A DNA stretch of 63,849 nucleotides, filler included, from Choristocarpus tenellus KU-1152 (GCA_964200185.2; 13 parts of 13 records of this genome joined end to end with filler, not necessarily neighbours in it); one strand, 5' to 3'; counted from the first letter of the whole stretch, positions 12,476-26,196 are shown. The notes: generated by a model not told the origin, from the letters alone. Made by a program: numbers and translations.

Positions 12476-15245
12476 CCTTTCCTCCAAAGATGTATCACGT
12501 AATTTTTTGTACAAAACACCAAAAAGAGTATCCCCATTTCCTCTTATCACTGCATGCCAAAATAGCTGTTCCAGTTGATTGAGTAGTCTCCTGGGAATCT
12601 TCCTCTACAGTTCAAAAAAACGGTGGAACATTCCCAGCAAATCAGAGGGGAAAAAAATGGCTCACCTCAAGACAAAAAATGTCAACCTATTAAATGGGTG
12701 TACTTCCTCGAGATGCTCACATACATGGCTAACATATCAACAAATACATTCGCTTAGACATTTCTGTCTTAGCATGACGTAGGTGTAGATACAAAAATTC
12801 TGCTCCACCTTGTCATCCCTTGATAACGAACATAATCCTATCCCCAATACCTTGAAAAGTCCCAGTCCAGCAAGCCGCTAATTCCTGCCTCAACTTCTGT
12901 CCACACTGATGTTCCCCCAGAAACCGCGTCTTCTCCTAAGATAGAGGGAGCACCCTGAACCCAACCCCAAACAAGAGCAAAGCAAACAAAGCACATCTAC
13001 TAATCCATTGTATTGATTATGTACAAGTTTCCAACATTAGTTTCTGGTGAGGGTCTATAATATCGAAAGCTATCATTGCTTGACCTGAACCACGAGGCAA
13101 CGGCAACTATACAAGAGACCATCGCATTAACCCAAAAATGCATAGATGCGTCATGACAATACTTCACCCAAGATCTCAACAGAAAGGGACATGAACACAA
13201 ATCATCACCCAACAGATATTCACACCACCTTCCTTACTAAATGCTCAATGCTCACGCTATTGGATGCCATTGAGGCTTTTGCCCACCGTGGATTCTTCCT
13301 TATCCCCTCTCCTATTGAAGTCCTGACTGCTCTAGTCATGCGATCCAACATTTGCACACACACGTGGTTATGCTTCAAGCTTACTATCTCCAGACAAACT
13401 TGAATTGGGAGTGATCGGTAACCAAAAAACTGTCACTTCTACCTCAAAGACAGGTCACGTACAGTAGGAGTGAGGTTACGGACCACTCACAGTCAGTCAA
13501 GGTACACACACACATTAAAAAAAACAGACAACAAATTTATAGTCTACACTAAATTCTTCTTTAAATAGTGCCATGATCTCTCTTATTGATTTAGCTTCTG
13601 GTTTTCCTATTTCTATTGTTAGCAGTCCGCTCTTTGCTGCCTTTCTTTTTAAATTATGTATCACCACATGAAGTTGGCTAAATATTCAAAACCTCATCAT
13701 CAAAAAAATTGTGGGGATCCTTCGCCTATTGAATGTAAGGATAATAATAATAGCAGCGGTCTATAACATTGATTCTTTCGGAGAAAAGAGGGGATTAAAC
13801 TGAAACAAAACTTTTCCCCTGAATATTTTAAAGCCCTAACTAGATTGCTTCCATCCAAACATGAAGTTACAAGCATGTCATCTCCTATAGTCATAGGAGC
13901 TCTAAACTTTATACTATCTACCTCCTACATTAAAAAATGTATCCTCGTATCTTTTCAGCAAATCTTTCAAAACACCATCTGTCAAGTTCATCATTCGTTT
14001 TTTCTATGCTTAGCACTCATATATCATGGTTCTTTATGATATCTCTTAACATCCAACCGGGCAGTTGCGCTACTTTGTTATTTGTATCCTCAAGTAAAAC
14101 ATCATGCCCTCTACTACCTCTCATCGCTGATAAGTTTGTGGACCTATTGTAGCTTTTCTAAATAAAATATTACAGATCATTGCCCCCTATATTTTAAAAT
14201 GACATACGCCAATGACCCAAAGTATCTGGGAGGGGNNNNNNNNNNNNNNNNNNNNNNNNNNNNNNNNNNNNNNNNNNNNTTAATTAATTAANNNNNNNNN
14301 NNNNNNNNNNNNNNNNNNNNNNNNNNNNNNNNNNNCCCTCCTGACCCTGCAACAGCCGCAATGTTTAACACCTAGTTCGTACCTCGAAAGGCAGATACCC
14401 ATGTCATCCATGTCACTTACCGTTCCAACACCCATGTGCTTCTCCATGACAGTTCTCCCACATTCTTAGGGGCGTCCGGAACAAACGGCCCCCAGCCGAC
14501 CAGGACAAAAGGAAAGAAGAAGACAAGAGGAAAGGGCAAGAAAAATAGACATGGAGTCGGCGATCCAGACACGGCGTCTGCCGCCTAGGTGGAGGAGGAG
14601 TGCGCATCTCAGCCCTGGAAGGTGCAGTTGGCATACATGAGACGTATGCACACAAAGAATATACTCATCAAGGGGGCCGTCCTGGAGGTCGCCATTCAAG
14701 TTATGAACGACCCAAAAGGAAAGACAAGCTCGGGATAGACCCCTACGCCGACGACTCATCAGGAGAGTCTTCAGCAGAGGGTCCTCCTACCATAAAATAC
14801 ATCCTCAGCGACAAGGTACTCAGCTATTATTAGTTCATCATCTCATCTTCCCACCGCATTTGAGTTCGTATCAAGCCACCTCACAATAAACGCCCTGATC
14901 GCGCACATTAATATAACCCATAAAATCCACAGGTGAAAAGAGACCTCGTGTTGAGGGAGGATGTAGAGGAGGGTACAAAATACCTGGACATCATCAAATA
15001 CTCTGAGGGCGTTACCCTCAACAACAGTGACGAACACACAGGCAAGCAATTACATCATTGTACAACATCGCCATAGGTTAATATCCAAACATGGTTCCCC
15101 ACACCAAACACACAACCTAGACTCTCACAGATCCTACCGATGTTTGACAGTTTCACAACGAACATCGTCATAGGGTTCTCAGGTTCTTTCAAAGGGTGCG
15201 AATTTGCTTGTCGAACACGTTGTTTCGTACTTTGTCTGTGTTGTA

Positions 15246-15476
15246 GAGTCAAAGTATCATAGAGGGTAGAGCCGGGTCCGTCTGCGGCCAAAATCCAATG
15301 CTGCGATTTTATATATATAATTTTGACTATTGTGTTTGTTAGGATGTGTCAATATTCTTGTTCAAGAAACATCTTTCATAACGTATACATTTTATCGACT
15401 CCAAAACATTTCGGAGAAACCAAGCACATAACGGACAAACAGGGCAAAACTCGTACCCTCTATGATACGTTTACTC
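15246..15476 (-). mobile_element. MITE subfamily A
   Basis: GAGTCAAAGTATCATAGAGGGTA ... TACCCTCTATGATACGTTTACTC; 3-bp TSD GTA. Confidence 0.88.
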
Positions 15477-18173
15477 GTACTGATGTACAGAACCGGCAAA
15501 AGGAGAGAAATTATGTCGCGGTTACATGCTAGTCCTGTACGCATCCTCTTCACCCTATTTTACCAGCCCTATTCGTCCTCCTGTCTTGTGGGCTCGAATA
15601 ATCGGCACAACTTTAAAGAACCGCTAATACTCTGGTCCATCCATCCTTTCCTCAGCCCCTGTATTCTCCTCTGTATCCTGCCCCGCTTGCTCCTTCTCAC
15701 GAACCTCCATCTCATCCCTTGCCTCCTAACGCTAACATCTCCTCCCGTTGTTTTTAACCCCGCTTTGCCACGACCTTTGCCCACTCCTCCACCACCACAG
15801 AGATAACACGAGTCACAAACATTGCGATCACTTCAGAAAAAAACGCCACGCCCGAGCCCGACCTCGAGAAGTTCAAGTCCGAAATGAGTGCCGCTCACGA
15901 GAGAGAAGTCGCCCTTCTCCAGACCCGATCAGGAGGCATGGTAATCACATGCACCGCCCTCGGAGATAACCTGGATCCGGATCGTATCAAAATCCTCGTA
16001 GAAGAACTCTCCACCTTCACCAATTTTACATTGGTGAAGACAACGTTGGCTGGTGGCATGTCCACGCCTACAACTTGTGGAAGACCCCACCCACCAGATG
16101 ATGAAGAGGAAAAAGATAGCCCATCCCCTAGCCCTGCAGTAGGTACGGGAAGCAGGACTCTACGGGGGGGGAGGCATATAATCACAGCCTTGGAACACGA
16201 CTCCGAAGGCGATGGGGGCCGACCCGTTTGTAAGGATTTGTCAGGTCCAGAGGGACTTGTGCAGGAGGATGTGAGGGGGCCGCTAGACAAGGACTCGGAG
16301 TCCACGCCTGTGAGGAGTGACACATGTATGTCCCCGAACGCCCAATTCGATGGGCAGCGGTGGCCACGAGTCACAAGAAGGAGGGAACACCTCAGATCAT
16401 AGTGTGAGGCGGAATGAGAACCATGTCGATGCTGATCCTACCCCAACCCCGTGGAACAACCCTTCCAAGAAGGGCAAAGGGAAGGGGGAAAGGACCCTGG
16501 TTAGGAAGAAGAGGGTTAGAGAAGACTCTGAAGACGACGTGGACCGATATGATTGTGATGCTTTGTCAGGTCCAGAGGGACTTTAACTGGAGGATGCGAG
16601 GGGGCAATTAGATAAGGACTCGGAGTCCTCGCCTGTGAGGAGTGACACATGTATGTCCCCGAACGCCCATTTGATGCACAGCGGCGGCCACGAGTCACAA
16701 GAGGGAGGGAACACCCCCGACCATAGTGTGAGGCGGAATGAGAACCGCGTCGATGCTGATCCTACCCCAAGCCCGTGGGACAACCCTTCCAAGAAGGGTA
16801 AAAGGGAAGGGGAAAAGGGCGCTGTTTAGGAAGAAGAGGGTTAGAGAAGGTGCTGAACAGAAGAGACCCTTGAAACAGCCTCATGGTCCTCATGGCAGCG
16901 CATTAGAACCTGACTTCTTCAATGACGTCTTTGCTTCTGCCAAAATGGGCAGGTACGCGGTAAATCCGTGTTCATCTACATCGAGGTACGACGATGACGA
17001 CGCAAGATCATGTCGTGGTGATGAGGGTCGCGTCACACAGGACACGACCGACTCCAGTGATGCATACAATGTGGGAATCCCCGAAGCCTTCATGGAGGTG
17101 TGCGTTACCGAGCTCCTACAATCGGCAACGAAACCTGTTTCTTCACAGTATCGAGTGCAGACTCAAATCCCCCCCAAGTCATATATGGCCATAGGTTCAG
17201 ACTCATCAAGGCTGGCAAAGGGGCCGCTTCTCTTGTTTTCGGGGATGAATGCTACATCCACGAGCCCACATAGGTTAAACTCGGCGATCGTGGACGGAAG
17301 CCAGACAACACATTGCGTCCCGAACATTTGGAAGGGCTCCAGGCGAGGAAGGCTATCTTCTTGAGCTTTGTGAAGCCCGAACCTTGGAACGCCAGGTACT
17401 CCACACGTCTAAATCTATGGCACCTTCCTGTCGAGGCATACCCTAAGCTCACAGAGTGGTGAGAGAAGGGGGACGAATGCAATTTCAAGTCCGCCCACCA
17501 ATTGAAATGGGGCTTGCGTCGTTTCCTTTTTTTGTTGAAGTACAGGTAGAGTTGCAGGTCGTGGTGATTTATACGTCAGCGTACCTTGCATTAGTGTCAG
17601 ACTACCATGTTCATGCACTTTCTATTCGATAAGTCACGCATTTGGATAGTGGTTTCAATGTACATTGCTACCAGTCAGAGTCGTCAGATATCATATATCA
17701 TACTCACGTTGAGGATTAGACCTGTGTTATTTTCTGTTTAAAAGAGCGTGTCTGCTACAATTTTTAGACAATTAAAATAAAATACATCAATCAAACAACT
17801 CTTCTCCATCTGCTCAGCTAACCTTTCAAAACAATTCGCCAGGGGCTGCGATGAATATCCTGTCCTTCTGTGAGCCGCGCTATTTATTGCTTGGAGGATT
17901 ATATACCTAAGTTCACGCACGATGCTCCTAAGCAGCACCAACCCGGGACCTCTGGAAGTGTACCTTGAACTACTTTCAGAGAAACGTACGCCAATAGACC
18001 TTGACCAATAACCACTCGTACACACGTCCATATTCCGTATACACCTTTTCCCGTAATTCCTACCAACAACTTCAACCCTAACACCATCAGCGAGAACCGG
18101 GTAATGTTACATACTAAATCCAGGACATGCACACAAATAAACGAAGTGTAACATTTAAACTGTACACGATATA

Positions 18174-18433
18174 GAGTGGAAGTATCTTAGAGGGTATGAG
18201 TTTGGCCCTGTCTGTCCCTTTAGTGCTTGGCTTCGCACGTTTTTTTCGTGACATTTTCCTACCCAAAAATATTTAGGAGTAGGTAAAATGTACAAATTAT
18301 GAAAATGTGTGTCTGGAACAAGGATATTGACACTTCCTAACAAACACGATAGCCAAAATTACATCAAAAATAACAACATTGGAGTTTTACCCCCAAATGG
18401 ACATTGCTCTTACCCTCTAACATACTTTGGCTC
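18174..18433 (+). mobile_element. MITE subfamily A nested in large element B (no TSD)
   Basis: TIRs present; absent from copy A at ~9028-9038. Confidence 0.88.
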
Positions 18434-18886
18434 CTCGTGCACACGCTGGGAGAACAGGACCAAATTTACAGTCCTCTTTGTGTCGGTTTGGACATGACTC
18501 ATGAAAGCAAATAAACGAAAAAACAACCTCGCAACAGCCCATATTGTTCATTTCAATTCCCCATCCAACAGTGGGAAAACACACCCTAACCGACAGCCCC
18601 CTTTATATGCTAACCAAATCCCACACATGCAACCAAATAAACCAATATCCAGCCCTGGAATAGCCTAACTCATATCTTTTTTTCTTCATCGTAACTGCAC
18701 GACCAACATACATAGACCAATAAACCTGTTTGAACAGACTCAAAATCCGACACATGCAAACGTCGAATCTCCTAACCAAACCCAATTAGATGGTGGCATA
18801 TATTTCCATTCCTCTTGCGTACGCAAGGACAGAAATGAACCTAACCAAACCAACAGTCTTCTTTTTTTTGCTGACATTTCAAATCC

Positions 18887-19145
18887 GAGTGAAAGTATCT
18901 TAGAGGGTACGAGTTTTGCCCTGTTTGTCCCTTTGGTGCTTGGCTTCCCCCATTGGTTTTTAGAACATTTTCCTCCTCCAAACTGTTTAGGAGTAGGTAA
19001 AACGTACAAATTATGAAAAGGTGCGTCTGGAACAAGGATATTGACACTTACTAACAAATATTATAGCCAAAATTACATCAAAGTCACAACATTAGATTTT
19101 GACCCCCAAATGGACACTGCTATACCCTCTAAGATAATTTGGCTC
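18887..19145 (+). mobile_element. MITE subfamily A nested in large element B
   Basis: TSD ATCC/ATCT; empty sites in copy A (~8600) and MITE D (~6970) confirm 4-bp length. Confidence 0.9.
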
Positions 19146-20112
19146 ATCTGACACGTGCCACCAAATCACACCAAAAAGCGAAAGTAGAAAATAGAAAACT
19201 GACGCCGGCACCACCCCCCCAGATACTTTGAGCCTTTTCACAACTTCTACCGCTTCACATTCCCATCACCCATCAACCTGTGTCTTTCCCTCTACCTCTT
19301 CAAAGAGATCAGGATGCAATACTTTGCGAGAATGTGCCAGGATATATTGGATACGAGGGCATAAATATCTTGAAGGGGAGACAAGTCTCAGATTCATGAT
19401 TGGAATAATATTGCAGAGATGCTGCTCACATAACCTTCAAACAGAGACTGCGAAAAGACTTTATGCCAATAACAAAATAGGTCTGTGGAAACGACAGCTA
19501 CCTAAGTAAATGGGTAAGCCTACACTGTAGTACCTTCTCTTCCGTTTTTGTACTGCTGTTCAGCCTCAGTCGCTCCACGTCCAACATGTTATATGGCCAA
19601 CCCACGACTTGACTTTTTTCATAACATAGAAACTACGTAAGCTAAAGCACTACCATCCTCCCCTGTCACATACATTTCTCCGAGACCCTTCAAGGTGTGA
19701 GAAGCCAGGCAAAAGAAGGACAATGATGCGGAAAATTCAGATATGCCCAAGAAAGATAAGGTCAAGGGGAGGAAGAAGATGAACAACGGTGACCACCCGA
19801 ACACACCAACCAAGAAGGACCAGGAAAAGGAGCTGCTCCTTGATACAGACAAGGTATAAAATGCATGGAAGAGGAGGGCAGATCTCAAAGGTTTGTTTAT
19901 CAAAGTCGGGGTGTTAGAAGCAGCAGTGCAAAGCACGGGGGAGGTGAAGCAGAAGGAAATGTACAGAATCATGGTGGTCAATAGGGGAAGAGCAGAAAAA
20001 GGGAAGAAAGCACCCTACGTCCTATTGAAAAGGGTATGACTCTGAGTACTTGATTTGTTGTCATCCTTCTGCATGGTCCATGTCCCATTTCCAGCTCATT
20101 TAACGACATTCA

Positions 20113-20392
20113 GATCCAAAGCATTTCAGAGGGTAGGAATGCGTCTGTTCGGGTCATAAATCCAATGTTGTGATTTTGATGTAATTTTGGCTATCGTGTT
20201 TGCTGTCAAGTGTTAAATCCTTCCTCTGGGCACAACTTTCATAGTCGTGTACATTTGACCTACTCAGAAATATTTCGGAGTAGGGAACTGTGTTCCCGGG
20301 AGACCGAAAAAAGTACATAAGAAACCCTTGGGAAGCCAAGCCCGGAACGGACAAAAAGGGGTAAACGGCTACTCTCTTAAATGCTGCGGATC
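20113..20392 (-). mobile_element. MITE subfamily B (~260-280 bp, AAAGCATTT variant terminus)
   Basis: GATCCAAAGCATTTCAGAGGGTAG ... CTACTCTCTTAAATGCTGCGGATC; internal similarity to A; 3-bp TSD TCA. Confidence 0.82.
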
Positions 20393-20470
20393 TCAACGTT
20401 AATCTCCATTTGTGTGTGTCGGATACTAAGAAGGGAAATAGATCACGATAAATTTGGATCCAAAAGAATA

Positions 20471-20704
20471 GAGACGTACCCAGGTTTTGACCGTTTTACG
20501 GTTTAGGCAACTTTTTTCATCTTTTACAATTCCACCCTTATTTCTATAGATGAAGTACTAAGATTGAGTTGAGACCTTTGATTTCTCTATTGATGAGTTT
20601 TTATTACAGAATTCAGGAAATTCCCTACACATGCGTTTATATATAAAGCTGAAATTTCCACATATTTGTCAGCATCCTTAAGAATCTAAACCTGGGTACC
20701 TCTC
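20471..20704. mobile_element. Candidate MITE with 20-bp inverted termini
   Basis: GAGACGTACCCAGGTTTTGA vs TCTAAACCTGGGTACCTCTC (18/20 complementary); no TSD found; single copy. Confidence 0.45.
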
Positions 20705-23434
20705 GTTCGTTTCCTTTGACTCTTTGGAGATGAAAAGAGAAGAAATATCTTCTTAGGAATGTCGATCAAGGCGATATATTCCTCAAATTGTCAAGTACCG
20801 AGGATCTGACACTCAGCGACAGTCAGGATGGCCAGGGTAAGTATGTCAAGTCCTCCTGGGTTAAGTTTTCTGTTTTACTATATGCTGCATTCACTTGTCT
20901 TCGTTACTCACTGTTTTGTCCAAATCTGTTGCCCTGATAGATTCGAACCAAATAGCCCACACAGGCATTGAATTTTGATCTGTGCATGATGGTAGGAAAT
21001 TTATAGTGACGCAGATATGTGTTGCCCTTGTTATACACCCAAGTTCGGTATTTCTTTGTCAAACAACTGTAAAATGCGCATCAAAATCGAACCTCATACT
21101 AATATTCTCTTTTTCTCTCCTTGACTGCATTACTTTCCTCCTTCCTCAGACACTAGCGAGGGTACATGCTTTATCATTGCACCGGGAGGCACTACAAACC
21201 ACGGTACATCATGTGGATGGTGTCCCGAGCAAAACCTGCAACACCCATCAAATCGCAATTACTAACTTGCATACCAAACGAGGAAGATGCATTTTGACCT
21301 GTACCATGCTAGGGACGGACCTACATCCTGACGATGGGAATCACAATCTTCAGGTCTTGTCAACATTCAGAGGTATAAGACGCTTATCAACTTCTAACAA
21401 GGATACCCTACTACATGATTCTCCTTCAAACCACATGCACAGGCAAAAAACACAAGTGCACGTCGAAAGACTCCAAAAGGATGCCAAATCTTCCCTCTAG
21501 GATATACCTTGGCTCAATTTAACTTGTGAATCTATCACATCATCGCTATTGTTCTGAATGGTGTTAGACCGATTTGTATCCACTTCTTGGACAGGACCTG
21601 TGTAGAGGGTAGCGTGTAATAACATTGTGTGTGGCGTAGTGCGTTTTTGTACCATACTTAGTGCAAATGATTGCTAGCAGCATAGCAGTTATCATTTTAC
21701 TTTATCCACACATTTTCTAGATGAATAGATACCGTTTCATTGGTACCTTTCTTCTGTTTCATTCATTCTTTCGGGAAAAAAATGTGCGATTTGTTCGATG
21801 AAGTCTTTTAACAAAAAAACTCTCACCACAATTACTTCGATTTTGGAAGGAGTAGGAAGGATCTGCAGCACGAGAGGGGTTTCCATCTTCCAAATCATCC
21901 TTTCTCTTTCACCAAATTAAAAAACAAAGTTGGGAACTCAAGGACTGTTAATATCAAGATGAGAATTCATCCATTTCTTTCTCGTAATTCCGCCAACAAG
22001 TAGTCCTCGTCCGTGGCGTCCTACCTCCTGAACTGAAGACCTTCTATTTCTCGTGGGTTTCTTTTCTGTACATGAAAAAACGAAATAGGAAAACAATGAA
22101 ATAGAATGAATCGCACAGGAAAAGAAAAGTGTCTTAAAGTGCAAAATAGCAAAAACCTGCTTACCTCTTGATTACATAGATGACTCCGTTAGATTTCTTT
22201 TTTACTTTTTGGCACACATTTTCGAAACGCTAGGTGTAATGCTAACCCCAACCCAAATCGTAAATTGAGGGTGAAAAACATCGCTAAAGACCAAGAAAAG
22301 CTCTGAAGGAATTCCAAAAGTGTGGTGTAGCAGCACAGTATGCACTGTGGAACCACCACCTCCCACCCTAACCTTGACTTCTGTGAGCCAAATCAATAGA
22401 AAAGTAGGCAGGTTTGGACCCTTTTGCATTCTAAGCCATCACTCTTTCCCTATATATCACTCTAATTCATTACTCAATGTGCACAATAGTGTATGCAAAA
22501 TTGATATACCCCTACTCCACATTCACAAAGTGACACCAAAATTCACCAAAGGTCCTTCTGCAATTGTACAAAATGACATATTTTTGGACTTTCTTGGGAT
22601 CCTTAAAGTACAAACCTATCTACCTATCCGTTGGTTTAGCTCGATATGAGAAAATCACTGTAGCCATCGTTTGAAGTGAAAAACATATGACACTAGCAAT
22701 TCCCCAAGATGGGGGTTCCTGTGTGCACTCCGCTGTTGCTTTGTGTGGTACAAACGTATTGGTCTTGTTGTGGTGAAAGACTTCACCGAACTTGTGTCAA
22801 AGTAAGGCATTTTTAAAGATGCCTTCGGCGGAATCGAGAAAGAGACCTGCGCTGAGTTATAGTGCAATGTTGTTTGTGGAAAGGGGGAATACATACATTT
22901 TCTTGCGGATGCTATTGTTGTGCAAATGAAGCAATTAAATTGGGGTACATTGCACAGGGTAAGAAAGCACAAAATGCAAAGGGCCAAGACCTGCATACCT
23001 CCCAACCAGTCTTCCTTGTTTTAATTTGAAGCACATAACCCAGGGGCCTACTGGCTAATAGAACATTTTGAATTTCGCCGATTTACAAATTGGAGGTCGG
23101 CAGAGTGGTAGAACGCCATGCATTTATCCCCAAACAGTTCAAGCAATCACATAAACACCTTTGAAATATCTTCTTGGTCAGATCATATTGCCGACTATAA
23201 ACCGTAACCCTATTTCAAACGCTAAAAGACTGGGATCCTTTGAAATGACCAGTGCCAGAGTTGCTTATAACCCTTATGGCAGTTTCTTGACGAATCGGAT
23301 GGACTAGTGGTAGTGAGGTGCAAACCCTAGCCCTGGAAAGCACCTACCTTGTCTGTCCGATTCATCAAAAAAGCTGTGGTGAGGGTTTTAAACAACTCTG
23401 ACGTCAGAAATTGATCAGACTATTCCGAAAGACT

Positions 23435-23605
23435 GACCCAATCTGGGGGGGGGGGGTGTACACCAGGGTGTCTATTTTCTGCAAAACCAGGAAAAGTGTA
23501 CATATATTATCCATCCAACATATGCAACCAAATAACCCAAAAATCATGACATGAAAAAATCGGCCCCAAATGGACAGCCGCCGCACCCCCCAGGTACTTT
23601 GAGTC
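23435..23605 (-). mobile_element. MITE subfamily C
   Basis: GACCCAATCTGGGGG ... CCCCAGGTACTTTGAGTC; 3-bp TSD ACT. Confidence 0.85.
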
Positions 23606-24144
23606 ACTTCACCATCTGTTGCACTGTGTTGCTACTGTGTTCCTGTCTAGTTTCTCACCAAAATTAATTGAGTTGAACAACGGCCATGTGGGGGCAGTGG
23701 AACATGCTGAGGAAGGCAAATTTTTGAAATATTTTCGGAGGGCCACTGACTAAATCCTCCAAGATCAAGCAGATTTCCGTTACCGCTACTAAATATTAAT
23801 GAATTGGTAGGACAATTCTACAAGGTTATCACCAATGGCAGGAGGTATACTTTAAGTGCTGCAATGGCTCTTTCACGTTTATGTATACGGTGCCACTAAG
23901 CCACTAATATGGACTCCTGTTTTTTGTGCAGGCAGGCCTATTGCACTACAAGTATTTGGGACAACTAAGGAATAGTAAGATCGTTGGAATTACTAGTTTG
24001 AGACATGTAAATCGAAATTGCATCTACCAATTGAGCGATATTGTGGAAAGTGGTACTCAAACGAACCAGCATTTGCCTGCCAAGGGCGATTCAGAAGTAG
24101 CTGCAATGACATTGATCCTCTCACACCCCATAAATAAGTATTAA

Positions 24145-24501
24145 GTGAATATTGTTGCCCAATTGATAGCTGCCAACTCACCTGAACTCAATGTCAATGA
24201 CCTGGGATTCTTTCATTCCATCCAGCCACTGAAGGAAGACGTGGGACCCCTAGAGTGACCAACACAGAGGAGGTGGGGGAGATCACAATGGAGGTGTTTG
24301 ATATGTATTCCTGGGAGGCACTAGGGCGTGTCTGGTAGAGCCTCTTCGCAGTCTATGGTGAATTACTAGGGTCCAAGGGTGACAACATCTTGAAAAATCC
24401 CATCTTGGCAAGGGAAAGGCTGAGAAGGCGGGCAAGCTCCCCCCAAATGCCCTGGTGGATGTGGCGAAATACCATGCTGGAATGGAGATTTGGACGTCTT
24501 C
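24145..24501 (+). pseudogene. Mariner (DD39D/PlantMar-type) transposase C-terminal fragment
   Basis: ANSPELNVNDLGFFHSIQPLKEDVG ... LGRVW*SLFAVYGELLGSKGDN matches the SPDLNxxDLGFF motif and downstream W..L....GxN; stops and frameshifts. Confidence 0.85.
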
Positions 24502-24601
24502 NNNNNNNNNNNNNNNNNNNNNNNNNNNNNNNNNNNNNNNNNNNNTTAATTAATTAANNNNNNNNNNNNNNNNNNNNNNNNNNNNNNNNNNNNNNNNNNN
24601 N

Positions 24602-26196
24602 CAGCCCTTGACCGCCGAGCAGAGGGCAGATGGGAATCGGTTCTACTTGAAGGGAGGCAAGAAAGAACCACCAGGGGTGCATTTACTGGCCTGCACAAAC
24701 CAAAGGCAAGTTGTTGAGTGGGTATGTGCCGTGGTGGGGAAGAGGGGAGGGGGTAATGGGGGACAGCAGGAGAGAGGAGGAGGAGGAGGAGGAGGAGGAG
24801 GAGAGAGGTACGTAAAAAACCCCAAACATGTGGGTGGATTGAGAAACAAGAGGCTGAAGTCTGTGTACATAATACATGTACGCACTTCACTTAAAAATGA
24901 TCTACGGAGTGCTTATTATACTACAATGAGTACGCATTCCGGACTAGGTTTTTATTAGCAACAGTGGAATTGTACAAGAGGTCGCGACATGGTTTTGACT
25001 TACCTGTGAAAGAAACCGACGTCGGTATGATGTATTGGGTAAATATCGTTAGTGGTGGTACACCTTTCTAATGCCGTACGGAGACCCGCCAATCCCCTGA
25101 ATTATCTGGTTGGCGGGAATGTTTGATCCTTTTTCAAAATCGGCACGACAACTTAGTTTTATTTTATTTTACGTTTTCTTGCTGTATATATTTTACTTCT
25201 CTGTTCTGACCTACTTTAAACAAATATATGTATATATATATATATTTCAAAAGCAAACCCCTTGCGCCTGAAACAAAAGTGCAAGGGAAGTAAAATCATA
25301 CAAAAAAAAAAGTGCACCTTGATCCCTTCCGCCACCGAAACCGTCACCCGTCGATTCATCTTACACGCCTCATCAGGTAGAACATCACACTCACAACACT
25401 CCCATTAGACACTCACTCCCATTAGACTTCTGTGCGCAGTAGTACAGCAGTACTCACAAAAAACCCTGTTAATCTATTCATTATCTCTGTAAAACACAAT
25501 GACAGCAACTCGAATGTTTATTGCGGTATGACTCAACTCCCGGCTTTTGATCTTAAAAAAATAAAAATCAGACCTGCACTGTATTGTACCCTGACAACAT
25601 GCTGTGCCCTAATTGGAATAACCTGGAACCAACAAACTTTCTTGGACTTCAGTACCACCCAAGGAGGGAACCATCGCAGTCCTCACCATGTACCCAACCC
25701 CCCCCAAATCCTACCAGCCCATGCATGCAGCTCTTACCCTGATCCAATCATACATAGAGTCACTAATCGCAACCAATCGCAGGGTATTCTCCAAACAGCC
25801 GAAAGGCCAAGAGAAAAAAATTTCCCCCGCCAAGACCATCTAGCCATACACACACACACACACACACAAACACCAAGAAATGTTCTTGTCCTATCCCCCC
25901 CCCCCCCCCCCCCCCCCCACAAACATCCCACCCCCAACCCCTCACCCCCACCCCCCCTCCCTCACCTGCCACACGAACATGAAACAAAAAACATTTCCCC
26001 CCCCTGCGCCAACATTCCCCTGCCCTGCCCCCCCCACCCCCAGAAAATCTAGTACAGTAGTAACTCGTCACCTTGGATGGCTCGTGATCAGGCTCCTTCG
26101 CCCAGTACGGTCCCGACCAAAGTACAGGAGCTGGTCCCTTCGGCGGAAGTACACAAAACTGTAGGGACCGCTGATGGTACTTAGGGCAGACACGAG
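24602..26196 (-). CDS. ASNSD1: Asparagine synthetase domain-containing protein 1, partial (exons 26196-26072 and 24690-24602)
   Basis: Exon LVSALSTISGPYSFVYFRRRDQLLYFGRDRTGRRSLITSHP contains the GP..F.Y / FGRD..GRRSL signature; AG/GT bounded; phase-2 join to RPVNAPLVVLSCLP after a polypyrimidine tract. Confidence 0.85.

Larger units (their letters stand above)
15884..19234 (+). mobile_element. Large Sola2-like element, copy B (left boundary uncertain), with internal ~320-bp tandem duplication and two nested MITE A insertions
   Basis: Ends CCCCCCAGATACTTTGAGCC at 19234; homologous to 8515-10976; repeat units about 16195-16520 and 16520-16850. Confidence 0.82.

Noticed and set aside
12362-12550. 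62-aa ORF as part of a gene
   Set aside because: Overlaps the solo LTR boundary at 12475; chance frame
8515-19234. One giant inverted-repeat element formed by copies A and B
   Set aside because: The copies are on different contigs separated by two artificial spacers
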